Positions 59,035 through 64,000 of a stretch of DNA of 64,000 nucleotides are shown here, piece by piece. Location of the stretch: assembly GCA_965215015.1 (NCBI GenBank), contig OZ244042.1, forward strand, positions 1,952,001-2,016,000, read 5' to 3'. The translations under genes were made by a program, and so were the position numbers. Each line of letters begins with the position of its first letter. Position 1 is the stretch's first letter. The DNA is from Candidatus Poribacteria bacterium (GTDB taxonomy: Bacteria > Poribacteria > WGA-4E > PCPOR2b). The notes beneath the pieces were generated by a model that made no database searches, was not told where the DNA came from, and worked only from the letters and a program-made list of their open reading frames with translations.

Positions 59035-61023
59035 TCAAAATTCCCGTTTCAGCTCCTCAATCCCATCCCGCAAAGTCGCCGCTTTTTCAAACTCCAGATT
59101 CGCCGCCGCTTCCTGCATCTGTTTCGTGAAATCCGCAATCAAGGCATGGATTTCTGCCTCAGAGGTCGCCTCCGAAATGTTGATGCCCAGAGAATCCGAC
59201 GGTTCGTCATCATCGTCAATAAGTTCACTGATAAGATCTCGAATTTCCTTATCAATTGTCGCTGGCGTGATGCCATGTGCTTGATTGTAAACCATCTGAA
59301 TTTCGCGACGCCGTTCCGTTTCATTGATAGCATTGCGGATAGCCTCGGTGATTTCATCGGCATACAAGATGACCTCGCCATCAAGATTTCGAGCCGCACG
59401 ACCCGCAGTTTGAATCAGAGACGTTTCCGATCGAAGAAAGCCCGCCCGGTCCGCATCAAGAATAGCAACCAGTGATACCTCTGGCAAATCCAAACCCTCG
59501 CGGAGCAGGTTAATCCCGACAAGGACATCAAAGCTACCCTGTCGAAGTGATTTTAAGATTCGCGCCCGGTCTAAGGTATCAATGTCTGAATGGAGATATT
59601 CGGCCTTGATACCAGCTTCGGTGAGGTAATCGGTCAAATCTTCAGCCATGCGCTTCGTGAGGGTTGTAACAAGTACTCGCTGCCTTTGAGCAACCCGTCC
59701 ATTGATAACCCCAATAAGGTGGTCAATCTGTCCTTCCACCGGATAGACCGAAATTTTTGGGTCAATTAAGCCTGTAGGACGAATAATTTGTTCGACCACT
59801 TGTGTGCCGTGCTGAAGCTCATAAGGTCCCGGTGTCGCGGAAACAAACACCGCTCGAAGGAGATACGATTCAAACTCCTCAAACCGTAAGGGGCGATTAT
59901 CCAGTGCCGATGGCAGACGGAAGCCGTAGTCCACCAATGTCTGTTTGCGGGCACGGTCTCCCCGATACATTCCACGAATTTGCGGTAGGGTCACATGGGA
60001 TTCATCAATAATCATCAGATAGTCATCGGGAAAGTAGTTGAGTAGGCAGTAAGGGGGCTCCCCGGGGACTAGCCCTGAGAAATGGCGCGAATAGTTCTCG
60101 ATGCCTTGACAGTAACCAACTTCCCGCATCATTTCAAGATCAAACCGGGTTCGTTGTTCAATCCGTTGGGCTTCCAACAGTTTGTTGTTAGCAATGAAGG
60201 CATCAATCCGATCCTGCAATTCAGTTTCAATGTCCGACAGGGCTTGTTCAAACCGTTCAGCATCCGTCATGAAGTGCCTAGCAGGGAAAAGCATGATTGT
60301 CTCATGTTCCTCTAAGATTTCGCCCGTCAGTGTATTAATCTCGGTAAGCCGCTCAACCTCGTCGCCGAAAAGTTCGATCCGGTAGGCGGTGTCCTCATAC
60401 GCAGGGAAAACCTCGATCACGTCACCGCGGGCGCGGAAACTCCCACGCGAAAAATCGATGTCGTTCCGATCGTATCGAATATCCACAAATGCACGTAGAA
60501 GTTTATTCCTTTTGATAATATCTCCACGGCTTACCTCAACCCGCTGAGTATCGTACTCCTTGGGAGAGCCAATGCCGTAGATGCAAGAGACACTAGCAAC
60601 GATGATAACGTCACGTCGTGTGAGCAGCGAGGCCGTCGAAGCAAGACGGAGCCGATCGATCTCCTCGTTAATCTGTATATCTTTTTCAATATAGGTATCT
60701 GTGGTCGGCAGGTATGCCTCAGGTTGGTAGTAATCGTAGTAGCTCACGAAGTAGTGGACAGCGTTGTTCGGGAAAAATTCCCGGAACTCGCTATACAACT
60801 GTGCGGCAAGGGTTTTGTTGTGGGAGACAACTAACGTGGGACGCTGCAAATTTGCAATGACGTGCGCCATCGTGAAGGTTTTTCCCGAACCTGTAACGCC
60901 CAACAATGTTTGAACGTTGTTCTCCTTTTGCAGAAAACCTTCTGTAAGCGTCTGAATCGCCTGCGGCTGATCTCCTTGCGGCGTATAGTCTGAAACTAAC
61001 TCAAACTTTTCCATGTTTTTCAT
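59035..61023 (-). CDS. uvrB: Excinuclease ABC subunit B
   Basis: [54 protein letters not shown] tail. Confidence 0.98.
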   Translation of the reverse strand: MKNMEKFELVSDYTPQGDQPQAIQTLTEGFLQKENNVQTLLGVTGSGKTFTMAHVIANLQRPTLVVSHNKTLAAQLYSEFREFFPNNAVHYFVSYYDYYQPEAYLPTTDTYIEKDIQINEEIDRLRLASTASLLTRRDVIIVASVSCIYGIGSPKEYDTQRVEVSRGDIIKRNKLLRAFVDIRYDRNDIDFSRGSFRARGDVIEVFPAYEDTAYRIELFGDEVERLTEINTLTGEILEEHETIMLFPARHFMTDAERFEQALSDIETELQDRIDAFIANNKLLEAQRIEQRTRFDLEMMREVGYCQGIENYSRHFSGLVPGEPPYCLLNYFPDDYLMIIDESHVTLPQIRGMYRGDRARKQTLVDYGFRLPSALDNRPLRFEEFESYLLRAVFVSATPGPYELQHGTQVVEQIIRPTGLIDPKISVYPVEGQIDHLIGVINGRVAQRQRVLVTTLTKRMAEDLTDYLTEAGIKAEYLHSDIDTLDRARILKSLRQGSFDVLVGINLLREGLDLPEVSLVAILDADRAGFLRSETSLIQTAGRAARNLDGEVILYADEITEAIRNAINETERRREIQMVYNQAHGITPATIDKEIRDLISELIDDDDEPSDSLGINISEATSEAEIHALIADFTKQMQEAAANLEFEKAATLRDGIEELKREF

Positions 61024-61133
61024 TTTCCTAGTAGTATTATACGGAATAACGATCGTAAGCCCCAGGCATCAGTTGAATCTTCGCCGTAAAAAATTCGATT
61101 TCTCCCTCTTCCTTCACGTTTTTCGCTCACGCC

Positions 61134-63581
61134 TTACCGATGGGCATTACATAGCATCTTTGGTTCATAGCCAGCGATGAAGGCTTCCTTAATAATAGCT
61201 TCCTCCGGACATTTTCCTTGGTATTTCAGCATTCCTGTATTTTTATCGATGTCTCGCAAAACGACGTTGGACGGTTTATCAAAATCCCTAACGGGGCCGC
61301 GTGCCCCTTCAATCATAAATCGAGCCCAAATCGGTAAGGCACCTTGGGCACCGGGGAAGGTCGTCTTCCGCTTCGGGTCGTTAAACCCCACCCAAACCCC
61401 GGCGGCGAGATTCCGAATATAACCGACAAACCACGCATCTGTATAATCGTCCGTCGTGCCGGTTTTGCCGGCCGCGGGACGTTCTAACCCCATCAGACGT
61501 GCCCGCCGACCGGTGCCATTATTAATCACGCCCTTCAGGAGATGCGTCATGAGATAGGCAACCCCTTCATCAAGAACCTGTTCCAGCGGCAGTTGATTTT
61601 CAATTAAGATTTCTCCGTACTGATCCTCTACATAGTGAACGCCTATCGGTTTCTTATACCTCCCACTATTAGCAAAGACAGCATACGCACCAGTGAGTTC
61701 GAGTAGCGGCAATCCGCCTGCCCCTAACGCAACTGACGGATATGCGGGTAAATCAGTTTGGATACCCAGACGTTTCGCAATCGCAAGCGTTCGATTCAGC
61801 CCGGCAGGTTTGTCATTTTCCTCTATCGGTGTCTCCCACATCATTCGTGCTGTCGCAATGTTGATTGATTTCTCCAATACCCTTCGCGCGGTAATATCTC
61901 CGTAGTAGCGCTTTCCGTAATTCCGAGGCCTCCAACGCCGCCCTGTGCCAACGTCGATAGACCATGCTTCATCGCGGACTATCGTTGCAGGTGTTATTAA
62001 AGGAGGGAAATCAAGCAGGCCGGCAAAGATAATTGGTTTGAAGGCTGAACCGGGCTGGCGATTGGCGTCAACTGATCGATTAAAAAAGTTAATTTTTTGC
62101 GGGGTAATATAGAAATCGCGGCCCCCAACCATTGCCTTGATGTGCCCCGTTTGCGGTTCAAGGGCGATTAGCCCTGCTTGCAAGTAATTGGTAATCGGAT
62201 CGATGCCATGTGGATTATTTTTATTCTCGTCGTAATCGGGCAGATTTCTATACCTACTAGAGCCTCTCAGCTTTTGATCCAATTCGCGCAAATGGTCACC
62301 AACAGCCCTTTCTGCAATCTCTTGCATGGAAACGTCAATTGTCGTGTACACCCTTAACCCTTGGTTGTACAAATGTCCTTCTAGTTCAGGTATCTGTCTC
62401 AGCTGTTCATGAACATATTCCAAAAAATGCGAGCCACCTGTGCCCTGTGCACTTTTGGGGACTTCAACAACAACAGGTTTCTGCACATTCGCATTGTATT
62501 CCTCCGTATTAATGAAACCTGCCTTTAGCATCAATCCCAGCACCAGATCACGCCGTTCTTTTGAACGGTCTGGATAACGCACCGGCGAATAACGGGTTGG
62601 TGATTTCGGAATACCTGCCAGTGTGGCGCACTCGTGGAGCTCTAACTCCCATACATTTTTCCCAAAATAGTTTTGGGCTGCTTCTTGGACGCCAAGTACC
62701 TCCTGCGAGCCGTAGCGTCCCAAATTAATTAGGTTTAGATACCTTTCGAGAATTTCATCCTTGGAAAATTGATGCTCAATACGCACTGCGAGCAGTGCTT
62801 CCTTTACCTTTCGCAAAATCCGCTTCTCACGGGTCAGATAGATATTCCGTGTGAGTTGCTGAGTAATTGTACTCGCTCCTTGCAGCGTTCCCTGCGTTTG
62901 TCCTAAAAATAACTGAGTATTGTGAATGGCCGCACGGAGAATCCCCAGAAAATCCACACCCCAGTGCTCGTGGAATCGCCGATCTTCAACCGCGAGGAAT
63001 GCCTGTAGCAGGATATCAGGCATCTGCACTAGTTGCACAATCTCTCGTGCCTCAGCTTCACCCTTTCTATCATAAAGCGCGTTAAGCAACTCCGGTCTCA
63101 AATCGAAACTATCGATTTTTTCACCATCGTTGTTTTGGATTGTCTCTATTTTGCCATCAATCACAGAAAGCTCAACCTGATATGCCTTCCGATCCTCATC
63201 TGGAAAATGGAAACCTTGGAGATAAATCCATAACCTCTCAGGTTGTCCCTGTTCATCACGCCCGACTGAATAGTGTCCAACAACACTCGGTTTGATGAAC
63301 TCTCCACTTTCTTCATATTCCAATCGTTTCAATTTGTCCAGTAGGAAATCAATTGAATCTCCTGATTCAACTGTACAAACGGAGGAATAGACCTCAAGGT
63401 GCTGTTTCCACGTATTGACCTCGCTATATTCCAGTTGGTCCAAATCAATATCTTTGATGGTGCCCCATGAATCGAGGACAACACCCCCTACAAATCCGAT
63501 ACTGACGAAGATCAGCATCATCACACAGATAGTAGCAATGAGAAACAGTGTAAGCATACCTCGAAGAATTTTTTTTATCAT
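61134..63581 (-). CDS. mrcB: Class A penicillin-binding protein with UB2H-like domain (PBP1B-type)
   Basis: EDRRF..H.G, GASTITQQL, RKVKE; SAFK, SIN, KTG; UB2H-like segment after the TM helix. Confidence 0.8.
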   Translation of the reverse strand: MIKKILRGMLTLFLIATICVMMLIFVSIGFVGGVVLDSWGTIKDIDLDQLEYSEVNTWKQHLEVYSSVCTVESGDSIDFLLDKLKRLEYEESGEFIKPSVVGHYSVGRDEQGQPERLWIYLQGFHFPDEDRKAYQVELSVIDGKIETIQNNDGEKIDSFDLRPELLNALYDRKGEAEAREIVQLVQMPDILLQAFLAVEDRRFHEHWGVDFLGILRAAIHNTQLFLGQTQGTLQGASTITQQLTRNIYLTREKRILRKVKEALLAVRIEHQFSKDEILERYLNLINLGRYGSQEVLGVQEAAQNYFGKNVWELELHECATLAGIPKSPTRYSPVRYPDRSKERRDLVLGLMLKAGFINTEEYNANVQKPVVVEVPKSAQGTGGSHFLEYVHEQLRQIPELEGHLYNQGLRVYTTIDVSMQEIAERAVGDHLRELDQKLRGSSRYRNLPDYDENKNNPHGIDPITNYLQAGLIALEPQTGHIKAMVGGRDFYITPQKINFFNRSVDANRQPGSAFKPIIFAGLLDFPPLITPATIVRDEAWSIDVGTGRRWRPRNYGKRYYGDITARRVLEKSINIATARMMWETPIEENDKPAGLNRTLAIAKRLGIQTDLPAYPSVALGAGGLPLLELTGAYAVFANSGRYKKPIGVHYVEDQYGEILIENQLPLEQVLDEGVAYLMTHLLKGVINNGTGRRARLMGLERPAAGKTGTTDDYTDAWFVGYIRNLAAGVWVGFNDPKRKTTFPGAQGALPIWARFMIEGARGPVRDFDKPSNVVLRDIDKNTGMLKYQGKCPEEAIIKEAFIAGYEPKMLCNAHR

Positions 63582-63675
63582 CTAATTTTCCCCATCCCAA
63601 ACCCTAATTTTATCGATTTTCCTTAAAAATCCGAAAACCTTAAAATCCGAAAACCTAAAGAATTCTAATCTGAAT

Positions 63676-64000
63676 TTACGGGGTGCGGCCTCGATCCCGC
63701 GCTTTCCTAACGCGCTTGATCGTGCAGCCAAACGCCTTCGTCTTTTTGATGGCCTCCGGAATTTCTTTCCCAGCAACTACGAGATCAAGTGCCTCGCGTA
63801 GGTAGTGCGTTTCGGGGGCGTGCTGACTGTTATCAATGGCACCATGATACCGAAGTATCCGCTTTTCGTCCAATAAGTAGATTTCAGGAGTACGCTTTGC
63901 CCCAAAATTATCCGCAATCTCATTCTTCAAATCTTTCAAGACTAAGAAATGGAACTCGTTTGCTTTGTTATGCTCGGCAATTTCTTTGACGGATTCATTC
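63676..64000 (-). CDS. Thioredoxin-like AhpC/TSA family protein (5' truncated by the window edge)
   Basis: FGAKRTPEIYLLD...LRYHGAIDN...FGCTIKR. Confidence 0.85.
   Translation of the reverse strand, partial: NESVKEIAEHNKANEFHFLVLKDLKNEIADNFGAKRTPEIYLLDEKRILRYHGAIDNSQHAPETHYLREALDLVVAGKEIPEAIKKTKAFGCTIKRVRKARDRGRTP

Noticed and set aside
59035-63581. Functional link between the UB2H domain of PBP1B and adjacent uvrB
   Set aside because: UB2H is only a structural homolog of UvrB domain 2; adjacency alone is not evidence
1-64000. Numerous 60-200 aa ORFs antisense or out of frame within large genes; tRNA/rRNA genes
   Set aside because: These are shadow ORFs of well-supported CDSs; no cloverleaf or rRNA signature was recognised

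Overview
A 64 kb bacterial chromosomal segment. The host is probably Candidatus Poribacteria or a similar diderm marine/sponge-associated lineage; this is inferred only from gene content and repeat style, not from a search. Housekeeping and metabolic genes: uvrB, a PBP1B-type class A PBP, mtnA, a UbiD-family decarboxylase, several oxidoreductases and hydrolases, and a type II restriction-modification pair. The left half is a cell-envelope block. It holds a 2091-aa C25 (gingipain/PorU-like) peptidase with a T9SS/FlgD-type C-terminal domain followed by a PorV/PorQ-like barrel. Converging on these is an operon of three paralogous ~1400-aa all-beta-propeller lipoproteins plus an outer-membrane barrel carrying a Ca-binding-like acidic insert; this operon is the best candidate for an undescribed surface system. 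Two accessory cassettes each pair a small secreted Ser/Ala/Gly-rich protein with membrane-anchored partner(s) of one unnamed family. One cassette lies in a 3.4 kb island inserted into a MITE, with a 21-bp direct repeat and a Cre-like recombinase pseudogene. Also present: a catalytically eroded inorganic pyrophosphatase, a 6S RNA candidate, and at least four MITE/REP families, some apparently inserted in-frame in genes. No CRISPR array, tRNA or rRNA was seen.
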